A stretch of DNA of 64,000 bases from assembly GCA_963741515.1 (NCBI GenBank), contig CAVUIA010000004.1, positions 67 through 64,066 on the forward strand, given 5' to 3'. Shown here in pieces: positions 22,280 to 34,188 of this stretch (its first letter is position 1; each line of letters opens with the position of its first letter). The stretch comes from an uncultured bacterium (GTDB taxonomy: Bacteria; Desulfobacterota; Deferrimicrobia; Deferrimicrobiales; Deferrimicrobiaceae). A program made the translations under genes and the position numbers. The notes beneath the pieces were generated by a model. The model saw only the letters and a list, made by a program, of their open reading frames with translations, ran no database searches and was not told the origin of the DNA.

Positions 22280-23320
22280 ATGAAAACCTTCATCGACTGG
22301 GTGGAGCGCGGGTGGGTTCCGGACCTCCTCGTACGCATGGGCGTCCAAGCCGTATGCCGGCGTCGCCTGGCCGGGGAGTCCCGGGGCGGCCCGGAGGAGC
22401 AGGGACGACGCCGGCAGGAACTGGTCGAAATGCTTGGCGAAAGCCCCTTGGCCGTCGCGACGGAAGAGGCCAACGCGCAGCATTACGAAGTGCCCACGGA
22501 GCTGTTCCGGAAGGTCCTCGGGCCGCGTATGAAGTACAGCTGCTGTTTTTTCCCTCCCGGCGTTTCCTCGCTGAGGGAAGCGGAGGAAGCGATGCTCGCG
22601 CTCACCTGCGAGCGGGCGCGGTTGAGGGACGGGATGACGGTCCTCGACCTGGGCTGCGGCTGGGGTTCCCTCTCCCTCTGGATCGCGGAGAAATACCCCG
22701 GATGCCGGATCCTCTCGGTGTCCAATTCGAGAACGCAACGGGACCACATCCTCGCGCGGTGCGCCGAGCGGGGGTTGCGGAACCTGGAGGTCGTCACCGC
22801 GGACGCCAACGCATTCGAGCCGGGGCGCACCTTCGATCGCGTCGTCTCCGTCGAGATGTTCGAGCACATGCGGAACTACCGGCTGCTGATGCGCAGGATC
22901 GCCTCCTGGCTGGCCCCCGGGGGAAAGCTGTTCGTCCACATCTTCGCCCACCGGACGCTGGCCTACCTTTTCCGGGACGAAACGGGGGACGACTGGATGG
23001 CGCGGACCTTCTTCACCGGCGGCATCATGCCGTCGGACGACCTCCTCCTGTACTTCCAGGAAGACCTGTCTATAGAGAGCCACTGGCGCCTGTCTGGACT
23101 GCACTACCGCGAGACCCTCGAGCGGTGGCTGCGAAACCTGGACGACCGGAAGGAGGAGATCCTGCCGGTCCTCGCGGAGGCGTACGGCGAGGGGGAACCC
23201 GACCGGTGGTTCCACCGGTGGCGTCTCTTTTTCCTGGCCTGCTCGGAGGTGTGGGGGTTCCGGGGCGGCGGGGAGTGGATCGTCTCCCATTACCTCTTCC
23301 GCAGGAGGGAAGACGGCTGA
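22280..23320 (+). CDS. class I SAM-dependent methyltransferase, CFA/mycolic-acid cyclopropane synthase family (second copy)
   Basis: VLDLGCGWGSLSLWIAEKY SAM motif and a CFA-synthase-like C-terminus WRLFFLACSEVWGFRGGGEWIVSHYLF. Confidence 0.8.
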   Translation: MKTFIDWVERGWVPDLLVRMGVQAVCRRRLAGESRGGPEEQGRRRQELVEMLGESPLAVATEEANAQHYEVPTELFRKVLGPRMKYSCCFFPPGVSSLREAEEAMLALTCERARLRDGMTVLDLGCGWGSLSLWIAEKYPGCRILSVSNSRTQRDHILARCAERGLRNLEVVTADANAFEPGRTFDRVVSVEMFEHMRNYRLLMRRIASWLAPGGKLFVHIFAHRTLAYLFRDETGDDWMARTFFTGGIMPSDDLLLYFQEDLSIESHWRLSGLHYRETLERWLRNLDDRKEEILPVLAEAYGEGEPDRWFHRWRLFFLACSEVWGFRGGGEWIVSHYLFRRREDG

Positions 23321-23829
23321 AGGTCATGCCCCGCCAGCATCGACAGCGCGGGCATCGCGATCCCCCAAACGACGGCCACAGCGGCCAGTCCCGCCCACGC
23401 CGGCCCGGGGATCGAGGCGGCCCCCAGCCGAACCCCCGCGAAGTACGCCATCGGGCCCCCCAGGGCGCCGAAAACTGCCGACAGGGCAGGCCGTCCCTTC
23501 AGGAACGCCGTGGAGACGTTCAAGGTCGTCCCGAAGTTGACCCACATGGCGACCATCCAGAACGGAGACCATGGTGCCGGGAAGGATCCACGAACGGGAA
23601 GGAAGAGCCCGAGGGCGATCAACGCCGTGTCCGCCGCAAACCCGATGACCCCGCAGGACAGCAGCAGGAGCCCTTCTTTCCGCCGATCCTCCGCTTGGAG
23701 AAGGCGGACCGTCGCGGCCAGGCAGGCCGCGGCGGGGCCGGCCCAGTAATGTCCCCGCGCCGCGCCGAGGACGGACGCGAACCAGGCGGCCTGGAACAGG
23801 ACGATGTTCAGGACGAACCGCATCGGCAC
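23290..23829 (-). CDS. hypothetical polytopic membrane protein at the end of the cfa cluster
   Basis: 179 aa with 4-5 predicted TM helices and no recognisable catalytic motif. Confidence 0.5.
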   Translation of the reverse strand: MPMRFVLNIVLFQAAWFASVLGAARGHYWAGPAAACLAATVRLLQAEDRRKEGLLLLSCGVIGFAADTALIALGLFLPVRGSFPAPWSPFWMVAMWVNFGTTLNVSTAFLKGRPALSAVFGALGGPMAYFAGVRLGAASIPGPAWAGLAAVAVVWGIAMPALSMLAGHDLQPSSLLRKR

Positions 23830-23979
23830 CCCGAGTCGTACAATTCCATATTGATCTACAGTACCATGTCCCTTATCAGCTGCAGTGAATCGTCCCGGGT
23901 TTGCTGGAGACTCCGTTCTGTGAGTCTGACTGCACCCATTCTGCCGGACCCGCTCCAGTAGAGCATTTTGTATTCGGAC

Positions 23980-23991
23980 GGCGGGGGGAGT
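23980..23991. repeat. copy of the ssrA 3'-end core (GGCGGGGGGAGT; 15/16 match with ggacggcggggggagt) inside an AT-rich intergenic region
   Basis: Compare plus-strand 33671-33685 ggaggcggggggagt. Same orientation as ssrA. Confidence 0.4.
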
Positions 23992-24132
23992 GGGGCTAAT
24001 GTATAACTCATTTAATTACTTGATTGATTATGCGATATAATTCCGACTGCCCCCAAATCGTACCCCCTGGAATCGCGAATACCGGACATGCGCGCTCTCC
24101 CCCGAGGATTTTTCACAGGATCCGGTTGACGC

Positions 24133-24609
24133 CTACCTGGCCTCCTTCTTCCTTTGCGTGATCTCGCTGATGTTATCGATCGCGGACTTCAACTCCCGGT
24201 TTTCTTTTTCCAGCCCGGCATTCCGTCCTTTCAGGTCATCCAACTTGGTCTGGAGCCCTTGCAGGTCGGCTGCCCGCTTTTCCGCATCGGTTTTCCCGGT
24301 TCTCAACTCCACCAGGGAACGTTCCAGCCCCGCCTTTTCCTGAAGAGCGCCCTCCAGCTGCCCCTTCAGTTCCCGGTTCTCCTTCCGGACCGTTTCCGCC
24401 GCCTGTATCTCGGTCCTGGCCGCCTCGATCGATGCGACAAGATCCTTGTCCCGCTTTTCGATCCGGGCCACTTCTTCCCCCAGCGTATGCAACAGCTGTT
24501 TGATATCGACCTTTCCTTCGCCCTTGGTTCCCCAGATCAGGTATCCCCCGAGCAGTCCCGCCGCAAGGCTCAATGAAATGACAGCGATGACGACCTTATA
24601 GCTCTTCAT
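24133..24609 (-). CDS. membrane-anchored coiled-coil protein, function unknown
   Basis: N-terminal TM segment, then a heptad-rich, E/K/L-rich sequence of 158 aa. Confidence 0.55.
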   Translation of the reverse strand: MKSYKVVIAVISLSLAAGLLGGYLIWGTKGEGKVDIKQLLHTLGEEVARIEKRDKDLVASIEAARTEIQAAETVRKENRELKGQLEGALQEKAGLERSLVELRTGKTDAEKRAADLQGLQTKLDDLKGRNAGLEKENRELKSAIDNISEITQRKKEAR

Positions 24610-24633
24610 TTCCTCACCCCCGTGGAATCGTGC

Positions 24634-25740
24634 TCAGCTGCGCGGCTTGTCCGCATGCCCTCGAGCGGCCGATTCGTGAACATGATCTTCCAGGCCCAAC
24701 TCGCCGGATTTTTGTTCCAGGACCTCGAGACGCTTACGGGCTTCCTCGATCCGTTTTCTGATCCGCTCCTCCTCTTCTCCGGACGCTTCCTTGAGCGAAC
24801 GCTCCATCTCCTCGATCTTGCCCAACAATTCCCGATTTTCGCTATAGATCTGTTCCGCCTGTTCGGCCTTGTCGAACACGATGTCTTCCACGACAACCTG
24901 CTTCTCCTGCGACATTTCCTGAACCATTACGGGCACGATCTTCCTGTCTTCCGGCAACATGCGCAGATTCCTGAAATCCGGGGACATGATTTCGACGCCA
25001 TCCCGATGCAACACGTCCAGAACGCTCCGGTAGAGATTCGTTCGTGCGGTGATCAGCCATTTCACCTCGGTCAAAACTCCGGAGATGCGGTACGTGATCG
25101 TGAAATTTCCCATCTCCAGGATTTGAACGAACGGCTCATCGAGACCGCTCTCCTTTGCCGCCGTGACGAGAAGCCCTTCCACCCGGGAGTGGTGCACGTC
25201 ATAGCCCAAAGACAGCGTGGCCGAAACGATGGCTCCCGAGCCGCGGATTGCGGTGACGGGGTTGCTGATCAGGAACGAGTTCGGGATGGCGATGAGCTCC
25301 CGGGTTTCGGATTGAATCTCCGTATCGAACAGCCCCCGTTCCGATACGCGCCCGAAATAATCGCCGACGCGGACGAAATCCCCGATCCCGAACGGTTTCG
25401 TCACGCGGAGGAGGATACCGGCCATGAGATTCGAGACGACCGTCGTCGACGAGAACGCAAGGATTCCCGAAGCCAGAAGACCTATCAGCCCTAACAGCCG
25501 GTTGCGGGAGCTCTCGTCTATCGGCAGGGAAAGGATCAGCGCCACCAGGCCGACAAGCGCCAGTCCGATCATCACGATTTGTCGGGGAAACTTGCGTTCG
25601 TCGCCCAGGTTGGCGTGCCGCCCTATGAGAAACCAATGCACACCCCATAGAACCGCGACCACCCCGACCACGACGACCAGGGGTGGGAGAACCGGAATCA
25701 TCGCCTCCAAAACCTTATTCCCGTCCGGCATGGGCTGCAT
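24634..25740 (-). CDS. mechanosensitive ion channel, MscS family
   Basis: TM helices followed by the MscS beta-domain ...GDFVRVGDYFGRVSERGLFDTEIQSETRELIAIPNS... The gene lies 47 nt downstream of atpG and may be co-transcribed with it. Confidence 0.8.
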   Translation of the reverse strand: MQPMPDGNKVLEAMIPVLPPLVVVVGVVAVLWGVHWFLIGRHANLGDERKFPRQIVMIGLALVGLVALILSLPIDESSRNRLLGLIGLLASGILAFSSTTVVSNLMAGILLRVTKPFGIGDFVRVGDYFGRVSERGLFDTEIQSETRELIAIPNSFLISNPVTAIRGSGAIVSATLSLGYDVHHSRVEGLLVTAAKESGLDEPFVQILEMGNFTITYRISGVLTEVKWLITARTNLYRSVLDVLHRDGVEIMSPDFRNLRMLPEDRKIVPVMVQEMSQEKQVVVEDIVFDKAEQAEQIYSENRELLGKIEEMERSLKEASGEEEERIRKRIEEARKRLEVLEQKSGELGLEDHVHESAARGHADKPRS

Positions 25741-25787
25741 CCTTCCTTTCCGCCCCGGAATGTCAGAAATAGTACTGGATGCCGCGT

Positions 25788-26684
25788 TTACTCGGAAAGA
25801 CCCTCACCTATCGCCTCGAAGCCGGCGATCACGTCGAACAGTTCCGCGTCGATGTCGCTCTGGCGCAACCGGTGAAACGTCCCGTTGAGGTCTTCCAGCA
25901 GTTCGTCGATGTTCTTGTCGGCGCGTTGCATCGCCGCCAGGCGGCTTGCGTTCTCGCTGGCGAGCGATTCGGCGCACGCCCGGAACATCGAGACGAAGAG
26001 GTACTCGCGGATGAGCGCCCGCAATGTCTCAAGGTCGCTGCCCATGACCTCGGGCAGTCTCTTCGTCGGCCAGGGAAGCCCGGCCCGCTCACGCAGCCAG
26101 GTGTCGTCCAGCGGCAGCAGCCGCTGATCGACTGTTTCATAACCCGCGGCGGAGACGGGGCGGTTATAGAAGAGATGAAGCTCCAAGACATCCCCCCGGG
26201 TCCGGCGCGAATCGTTTTCCACAAGGATCCTGCCGACGAGCGGGGTGACGGCCTTGACGGAATTCGGCACCGTGAAGAGACCGGCCAGCGGCAATCCGGC
26301 GTCTTTCAGGCGAGCGTGGACGCGCTCCCCCACCGCCCAGACCCGGAGTATCCCGGGCTGACCGGAGAGAGCCTTGACCGCCTCATCCGCCACCGCGTCG
26401 TTGAACCGCCCCACCAATCCCTGGTCGGAACCGAACACGACCGCGTTGACCGCGCCGGCCGCCCCCCGGCTTGCGTTTCCCGTCGACAGGGCATCCGAAC
26501 CGGCGCCGCGGAAACAGACCCCCAACCCGAGTTCCACGGCGCGATAGTAGTCTCCCAAAGCGCGCACCGATTGCTCGTATTGGCTGATGCTCGAGGCCGC
26601 CAGGGCCTTCATCGTGCGGACCACGGACTGGAGATCGCCGGCGCTGTCGATCTTGCGGCGCAGACTCGCGATATTGCTGCTCAT
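25788..26684 (-). CDS. atpG: N-ATPase (F-type) gamma subunit
   Basis: [31 protein letters not shown]... is a gamma-subunit signature. ATGA overlap with atpA. Confidence 0.85.
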   Translation of the reverse strand: MSSNIASLRRKIDSAGDLQSVVRTMKALAASSISQYEQSVRALGDYYRAVELGLGVCFRGAGSDALSTGNASRGAAGAVNAVVFGSDQGLVGRFNDAVADEAVKALSGQPGILRVWAVGERVHARLKDAGLPLAGLFTVPNSVKAVTPLVGRILVENDSRRTRGDVLELHLFYNRPVSAAGYETVDQRLLPLDDTWLRERAGLPWPTKRLPEVMGSDLETLRALIREYLFVSMFRACAESLASENASRLAAMQRADKNIDELLEDLNGTFHRLRQSDIDAELFDVIAGFEAIGEGLSE

Positions 26685-28227
26685 GGCTTGCCGTCCTCCG
26701 GGGGCAGGAGCGCTTCGAGCGCCTGGCGTGCGATTCCCACGATCGCCTCGCGGTCCTCGTCGCTCAACGTGTCGGCCGATTCCAATCGTTCCCTTACCTC
26801 GCCGGAAATCTTCCCTGCCGCCTGGCGGACGGCCCCCTCGGCCTCCTTCATGCGGTCCAGCGGAATCCCGTCGAATAGCCCGGCGGTCAGCGCCAGCAGC
26901 ACGGCGATCTGCGCCGGCATGGGTACCGGGGAGGATTCCGACTGGATGAGGCAGGCGCGGATGCGCCGACCGTGCTCTATGATGCGCTGGGCTTCCTCGT
27001 CCATGCGGGCGCCGAACCGGGAAAAGGTCTCGCGCTCCTCGAATTGCGCATAGCCGAGCTTCAGGTCTCCCGCCGCCGCCCTGTACGGTGCGCGCTGCGC
27101 CTTCCCGCCGACCCTCGATACGGATTTCCCGACATCGACCGCGGGCAGCACACCCAATCCGAACAGCGACGGCGAGAGGAAGACCTGCCCGTCGGTGATG
27201 GAAATCAGGTTGGTGGGGATGTAGGCGGATATGTTCTGGGCCTCGGTTTCGACGATGGGCAGCGCCGTGAGCGAGCCGCCGCCGAGTTCCTTGCGCAGAT
27301 GCGTAGCGCGCTCCAGCAGCCGCGAGTGGATATAGAAGATGTCGCCGGGGAATGCTTCCCGGCCGGGCGGACGGCGCAGCAGCAGGGAAAGCTCCCGGTA
27401 GGCGCGGGCGTGGTGGGTAAGATCGTCGTAAACGATCAGTACGTCGCGCCCCCGCTCCATGAAATGCTCCGCGACGCTGGTGGCGGCGTACGGGGCGATG
27501 TAGGCGAGACCCGGCGGGTCGTTGCCCTCGGTCACGACGACCACGGTGTGGCCCATCGCGTCTTTTTCCCGCAAGGTCGCAACGACCTTCGCCAGGGCGG
27601 ACGACCGCTGACCGATGGCGCAATAGACGCACAGGACATCCTGGCCGCGCTGATTGAGGATGGTGTCGATAGCGATGGCGGTCTTGCCCGTTTGCCGGTC
27701 GCCGAGGATCAGCTCCCGCTGGCCGCGCCCGATCGGAATCAGCGCGTCGATGACTTTCAGCCCGGTCTGGAGCGGCACGGTGACGGGGGCGCGGTCCATG
27801 ATGTGCGGGGCGGGCCGTTCGATGGGCAGGCGCCCGTCCGCGGCGACCGGTCCATGGTCGTCGAGCGGCCGCCCGAGCGGATCGATGACGCGTCCCAGCA
27901 GGCCATCGCCCACGGGCACGTCCATTACCCTGCCCGTGCGCTCGACTTCATCGCCCGCGTTCAGGCGCCAGTATCCACCCAGCAGCACGACCCCGATTTC
28001 GTCCTCGTCCACGTTGAAGGCGATGCCGAACACATCTCCGGGGAATTTCAGCAATTCGTCGGAGCCCACGCCGGGAAGGCCGGAGACGCGGGCGATCCCG
28101 GTGGAAACACTCGTCACCGTTCCCGCCTCGCGCGGCGTTATCCGCGGCATGACCGCTTCGCGCCCCCGGCGAATGCCTTCGAACGCGCGGTCGAACGCCC
28201 CTCGCAGGATTTCGGGCGGCTGCGTCA
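26681..28227 (-). CDS. atpA: N-ATPase (F-type) alpha subunit
   Basis: Walker A GDRQTGKT. Alpha-subunit-specific regions. Confidence 0.9.
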
Positions 28228-29025
28228 TTTGGCCTGTCCGGATGACGCCGGATCGTTCCCGGGTTGCGGTTGTGCCTTTATCAGGTCCCCCACGCTTTTT
28301 TCCAGGGACGCAAGGTAACCCGCGATGCTCCAGGCGACTTTCCGCCCGTTCGCGGACAGTTCGATCCCGCCGATCACCTCCGGCGTCGTCTCGAACCGGG
28401 CGCGGATCCCCTCCGGGAAGATTTGGCCGATCGCCTGTTGGATCGCCTCCTGCTGCTTCGCCGGCAGGCCGAAGGCGCTGCGCACGATCACCGGCTCCTC
28501 CGCCGCGCGAAACCCCTCGACGAGATCCTTCTTCGCCGCTTCGTCCAGTTCCCGCAGGCGGCGCACGAACACATCGCACATGCTCTCTTCCAGGCCCGCC
28601 CCGGCGAGATCGTTCAGCGTCTTTCGCGCGATGGCGAAAACCTCCTCGCGGGTCCTGCGTGCGATTTCCTCTTCCAGGCCCTGTTGCTCGCGCAGCAATG
28701 CTTCCTGCCGCCTGGCCCGTAGGGCATTCGCGTCCTTCCGCGCCTCCTCGACGAGGCGCTCCCTTACGGCCCGGGCCTCGTCCCTCGCCTTGTCTAACAG
28801 GTCCTCGCGCTGCCGGTCGAACTCCCTGCTCTTTTCCCGGAACGCGTCGCGCTCTTTTCCCGCTTCGGCTTTCCTCGAGTCGGCGTCCGCCAGCTCTCCG
28901 GCGATCTTCTTTTCCCGCGCGTCCAGGGCATCGAGGACGCGCTTGTAGAGAAAACGCTTCAACAGCCACACCAGGACGATGAAATTGAGCGCCTGGGCAC
29001 CGACGGTGAACCAGTCGATGAGCAT
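28225..29025 (-). CDS. atpF: N-ATPase subunit b with a delta-like C-terminal domain (b-delta fusion)
   Basis: N-terminal TM and coiled coil [30 protein letters not shown]... The C-terminus ...[30 protein letters not shown] resembles the delta C-terminal domain. No separate atpH gene is present. Confidence 0.75.
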   Translation of the reverse strand: MLIDWFTVGAQALNFIVLVWLLKRFLYKRVLDALDAREKKIAGELADADSRKAEAGKERDAFREKSREFDRQREDLLDKARDEARAVRERLVEEARKDANALRARRQEALLREQQGLEEEIARRTREEVFAIARKTLNDLAGAGLEESMCDVFVRRLRELDEAAKKDLVEGFRAAEEPVIVRSAFGLPAKQQEAIQQAIGQIFPEGIRARFETTPEVIGGIELSANGRKVAWSIAGYLASLEKSVGDLIKAQPQPGNDPASSGQAK

Positions 29026-29029
29026 GAGC

Positions 29030-29311
29030 CTACTTCCCTCCGGTTTGCGCGATGACGTGATTCCAGAACGGATTTGCGAATATGAGTATCAGCGAGACCA
29101 CGAAACAGTAGATGGCCACGGATTCGATCATCGCCAGGCCGATGAACAGCGTACGGGTAACGGTGGCGGAGGCGTCGGGCTGCTGGGCCAGCGAGGTCAG
29201 AGCCGTCGATACCGCGCGCCCTTCGCCCAGCGCCGGGCCGATGCAGCCGATGGATATGGTGAAGCCGGCGGTGACAATGGAGGCTACCGCGATGAATGTC
29301 ATGCTGTCCAT
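29030..29311 (-). CDS. atpE: N-ATPase c subunit with the complete Na+-ligand set (Q...ES..Y)
   Basis: LAQQPDAS in helix 1 and AMIESVAIYCF in helix 2. Aligns with the I. tartaricus Q32/E65/S66/Y70 positions. Confidence 0.8.
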   Translation of the reverse strand: MDSMTFIAVASIVTAGFTISIGCIGPALGEGRAVSTALTSLAQQPDASATVTRTLFIGLAMIESVAIYCFVVSLILIFANPFWNHVIAQTGGK

Positions 29312-29342
29312 GAGATCTCCTTCGGATGTTGATGTCGTGGTT

Positions 29343-30038
29343 TCAACCGTCGCTCCCGGGTTTCGATTTTGTCTTTTCGACGCGCGTGGCGGCCGCGATG
29401 TAAACCGTGGCCAGGATGAAGATGATATAGGCCTGCACCATTCCGGTGAGCAGGCCGAGCGCCGTCATGACGATCGGAAATACGAACGGCGTTATGGCCA
29501 GCAGGATCCCGATGATCATCGCCCCGCTCATCATGTTTCCGAACAGACGCACGGCCAGCGCCAGCGTGCGGGAGAATTCGCTGATGATATGGAACGGCAG
29601 CATGATGAACGTCGGACGTATATAGGACTTGAGGTAGTTGCCCAGACCGCCTTCCGAGATGCCGAACAGCGGCACGGCAACGAACACGCACAGCGCCAAT
29701 GCCGCCGTGGTCGAGAGCGATCCCGTCGGAGGCTCGTAGCCGGGAAAGATGGTGCAGAGGGCCGCAAGGGCGACGAACAGGAAGAGCGTACCCAAAAAGG
29801 GGATAAATTTCCTCGGGTGGCGGAGACCCACTTCCGCGGTTTGCTCCTCGATCATGGAGACGATGACTTCCAGCAGGTTCTGCCAGCGGGAACGCTTGAG
29901 ACCGGTGGACAGTTTTCTCGTAATGAGCATCGAGCCGACGACCAGGACGAGCATCAGCGCCCAGGTGAAGACGATGGTGGCGTTGATCTTGAAAAACCCG
30001 TGTTGCCAGAAGATGATCTCGTCTGGGCTAAGGCGCAC
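29343..30038 (-). CDS. atpB: N-ATPase a subunit
   Basis: Five or six TM helices with the conserved Arg in ...ALAVRLFGNMMSG... Confidence 0.85.
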   Translation of the reverse strand: MRLSPDEIIFWQHGFFKINATIVFTWALMLVLVVGSMLITRKLSTGLKRSRWQNLLEVIVSMIEEQTAEVGLRHPRKFIPFLGTLFLFVALAALCTIFPGYEPPTGSLSTTAALALCVFVAVPLFGISEGGLGNYLKSYIRPTFIMLPFHIISEFSRTLALAVRLFGNMMSGAMIIGILLAITPFVFPIVMTALGLLTGMVQAYIIFILATVYIAAATRVEKTKSKPGSDG

Positions 30039-30354
30039 AACCGACCCCCTTCTCCGGGAGGTTACGGCGTCCGACCGGCGGTCCGGTCAGCCGCGTCACG
30101 AGGACACGCGCGATGGCGAACCCCACCAGACACGCCAGCAGGCGCGTCCAATGTCCGCGCCCGACGTAATAGAAACCGGCCAGGGCGATTCCCATCCGCA
30201 GCAACAGGCTGCAGGAGAACCAGACCGCCGGCTGCCTGGACGAAACGCCTTTCCGCACCGTCCACCACAGTCCGCCGAAGAACATTGCGCCGAGCAGAAG
30301 GCCCGCCGCCAGGACCGCCGCCAGGATCACCGTCTCACTCATCTCCCGCGTCAT
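30028..30354 (-). CDS. atpR: N-ATPase accessory membrane protein AtpR
   Basis: About 100 aa, 3 TM, GGLWWTV motif and an intramembrane Arg. Its position between atpQ and atpB is diagnostic of N-ATPase operons. Confidence 0.7.
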   Translation of the reverse strand: MTREMSETVILAAVLAAGLLLGAMFFGGLWWTVRKGVSSRQPAVWFSCSLLLRMGIALAGFYYVGRGHWTRLLACLVGFAIARVLVTRLTGPPVGRRNLPEKGVGCAP

Positions 30355-30671
30355 CCTCCCGTTCGTCCCGCATGGCCTTGTCTTCCCGGGTCACCCAATA
30401 CCACGCATTCCAGCACCCGATCGCGAGGCCGGCGATCAGCAGCGCCAGCGTCCAGGAGCGGGCCCCCGGGTAGCGCCGGTCCAGCCAGACCCCGAGCGCC
30501 GTCCCAAGAAGCGCCGGAACCGCCACCGACCAGCCGACCAGGCCGATCATGCCCAGGCCGAACCAGACGGTCCGCGTGACATGCCGGCGCGCGCGAATCT
30601 TGCGCGCCGCCTTTTTCCCGACCTCCTTGCCGAGAAGCGGCCCCGGCATCCCCGGCTTTTTTTCGGGTCCG

Positions 30672-30679
<8 letters not shown>
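30335..30679 (-). CDS. atpQ: N-ATPase accessory membrane protein AtpQ (AtpZ/AtpI-like)
   Basis: 114 aa, 2 TM, basic N-terminus. Follows epsilon. Confidence 0.65.
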
Positions 30680-32712
<2,033 letters not shown>

Positions 32713-32734
32713 TCACGTGCAGGTCATTCCCCGC

Positions 32735-33187
32735 TCAGGTGACCGCTTCCTGTTTCACGAGCAGGATGGAGCAAGGCATCCTGCGGATGATGGTTTCGTT
32801 GATACGCCCGAAGAGGAAGTGCTCGAGCCGGTTCTCCTCGTGGGCCGGCATGAGGAGAAGGTCGATCCTTTCCTCCTCCACCACTTTCCGGATTACGCCG
32901 ATCGGCTCCCCCTTCCGAATCAACTCCTTCACCGGCAACCCTCTCACCGACTCGGCGCGGAGGATCTCTTCCAGGTTTTTCTTCGCTTCCTTGAGCAATT
33001 CCTTGTATTCCTCTCCGACGGACAGAAACGGCAGATTCCAGCCATCCGCCCCGAAGGGGTCATCGTGTACGTGGAGTACCACCAGCTCAGCATCGTACTT
33101 CCTCGCCAGGGAAACTCCGTAACGCACCGTTTCCTGGCTATGCTTGATATCCATGGCCAACACCATAATCCGCCGGATGTCGTTCAT
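32735..33187 (-). CDS. universal stress protein UspA family
   Basis: MNDIRRIMVLAMD...ELVVLHV...; ATP-binding G-x2-G-x9-G(S/T)-like C-terminus. AAGGAGG RBS 7 nt upstream of the ATG at 33187. Confidence 0.8.
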   Translation of the reverse strand: MNDIRRIMVLAMDIKHSQETVRYGVSLARKYDAELVVLHVHDDPFGADGWNLPFLSVGEEYKELLKEAKKNLEEILRAESVRGLPVKELIRKGEPIGVIRKVVEEERIDLLLMPAHEENRLEHFLFGRINETIIRRMPCSILLVKQEAVT

Positions 33188-33404
33188 GTCAGCCTCCTTG
33201 CGATGCAAAGAGTGTCTTCCACTGCACTGTTTCCGTTTTCAAGGAACCTGCACGCGGTGATCGGTCCACCTCCATCTTAATGTGAAAAGCCACTGACCTG
33301 CCCCCGTTTTTCAACCAACAGGATGCGTGGTCGTCAGCGGCCATCCCTGGCCGCTCATCCTCGCTCTTCGCTTGGCGGCGCCCTTGTCGTAATTACCCGG
33401 GTGA

Positions 33405-33421
33405 GCGGGGGGAGTCGAACC
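33405..33421. repeat. 17-nt direct repeat of the ssrA T-arm/acceptor core (gcggggggagtcgaacc), 270 bp downstream of ssrA; att-like scar
   Basis: Identical to 33675-33691. The flanks diverge. The copy does not fold into a tRNA-like T-arm (CAUGG compared with GGGGG). Confidence 0.55.
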
Positions 33422-33594
33422 ATGAGCCTACGCCCAGCCAGGGCTTGCCCCAAGGTATTTCGTCGCGGGGTACCCCAGGGAGCGCAGTTCGTCGGGGAGT
33501 GGGGCCGGCCGATGGGGCGGGGCTCGGGGCTGACGCGCTCCCGTGCGTCGCGCTTTTCCTCCCTATCCGGTCGGCGCCCCTCGCCCGTTCGCCT

Positions 33595-33682
33595 CCCCCC
33601 GCCTCCACCAAGCGCAAAAAAAAGCCGACCATCTCGAATTGAGAGGTCGGCTTACTCGACTGCGCTTGGTGGAGGCGGGGGG
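33595..33682. repeat. perfect 21-bp inverted repeat (CCCCCCGCCTCCACCAAGCGC) formed by the ssrA 3' end and an inverted copy, flanking the ssrA terminator hairpin
   Basis: 33595-33615 is the exact reverse complement of 33662-33682. The 46-bp spacer contains the terminator. Confidence 0.7.
33616..33661 (-). terminator. rho-independent terminator of ssrA
   Basis: Minus strand reads GCCGACC-loop-GGUCGGC followed by U8. Confidence 0.7.
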
Positions 33683-34017
33683 AGTCGAACCCCCGTCCGA
33701 GAATTCTAGCTAAGGGCTACTACGTGCGTTTCCGGTCATTTGGATCTCGTCGTCGGGGACCCCGGCCGGCAGGGTTCCCGTCTGACCATCCCGGCTTGAA
33801 TTTCGCCTTACGGCCCCCCGGGAGGGAGCTTGGGGCTATCCCGTAACGGTGACCCCCTTGCGCTTATACGGGCATTCAGCGGTCGGAGGCAGGCAGCTAA
33901 GCTGCCTGAGCTAACGGATAGTCGTTGGCGACTATTGGTTTCCCGTTTTTACGAGGTTCAGGGCCTCGGCACGCAACCCAGAAGCGTCGACATCCCCGTC
34001 GAAACCGTTTCGCCCCC
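33667..34017 (-). ncRNA. ssrA: tmRNA (SsrA); predicted tag peptide ANDYPLAQAA
   Basis: 5' end GGGGGCGAAACGGTTTCGACGGGG. 3' end GGACGGGGGTTCGACTCCCCCCGCCTCCACCA. Tag reading frame gcc aac gac tat ccg tta gct cag gca gct tag. smpB is adjacent. Confidence 0.85.
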
Positions 34018-34027
34018 TTATTTTTTC

Positions 34028-34055
34028 ATTATAGCATTTTGTCGGCCCCAAAAAA
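34028..34055 (-). promoter_or_regulatory. putative ssrA promoter (extended -10 TGcTATAAT)
   Basis: RC of 34028-34036 is tgctataat, about 10 nt upstream of the mature 5' end. The -35 is weak. Confidence 0.4.
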
Positions 34056-34188
34056 CGGTTTGGCGGGCCCCCGGGAACCACCCGGATGACCCGCCAAACA
34101 TCTCGGAGGGGGAGAAGAGCATCTCAGCTCTCTCACCTATTGGACACAGGCCCCCCGGAAAAGGTTCCCTGCCGCGTAAAAAAAAGTT

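Noticed and set aside
33323-33709. ORF 33323-33709 + (128 aa) overlapping the ssrA 3' region
   Set aside because: The translation is Arg/Ser/Gly-rich junk. The region is fully explained by ssrA, its terminator and the repeat structures.
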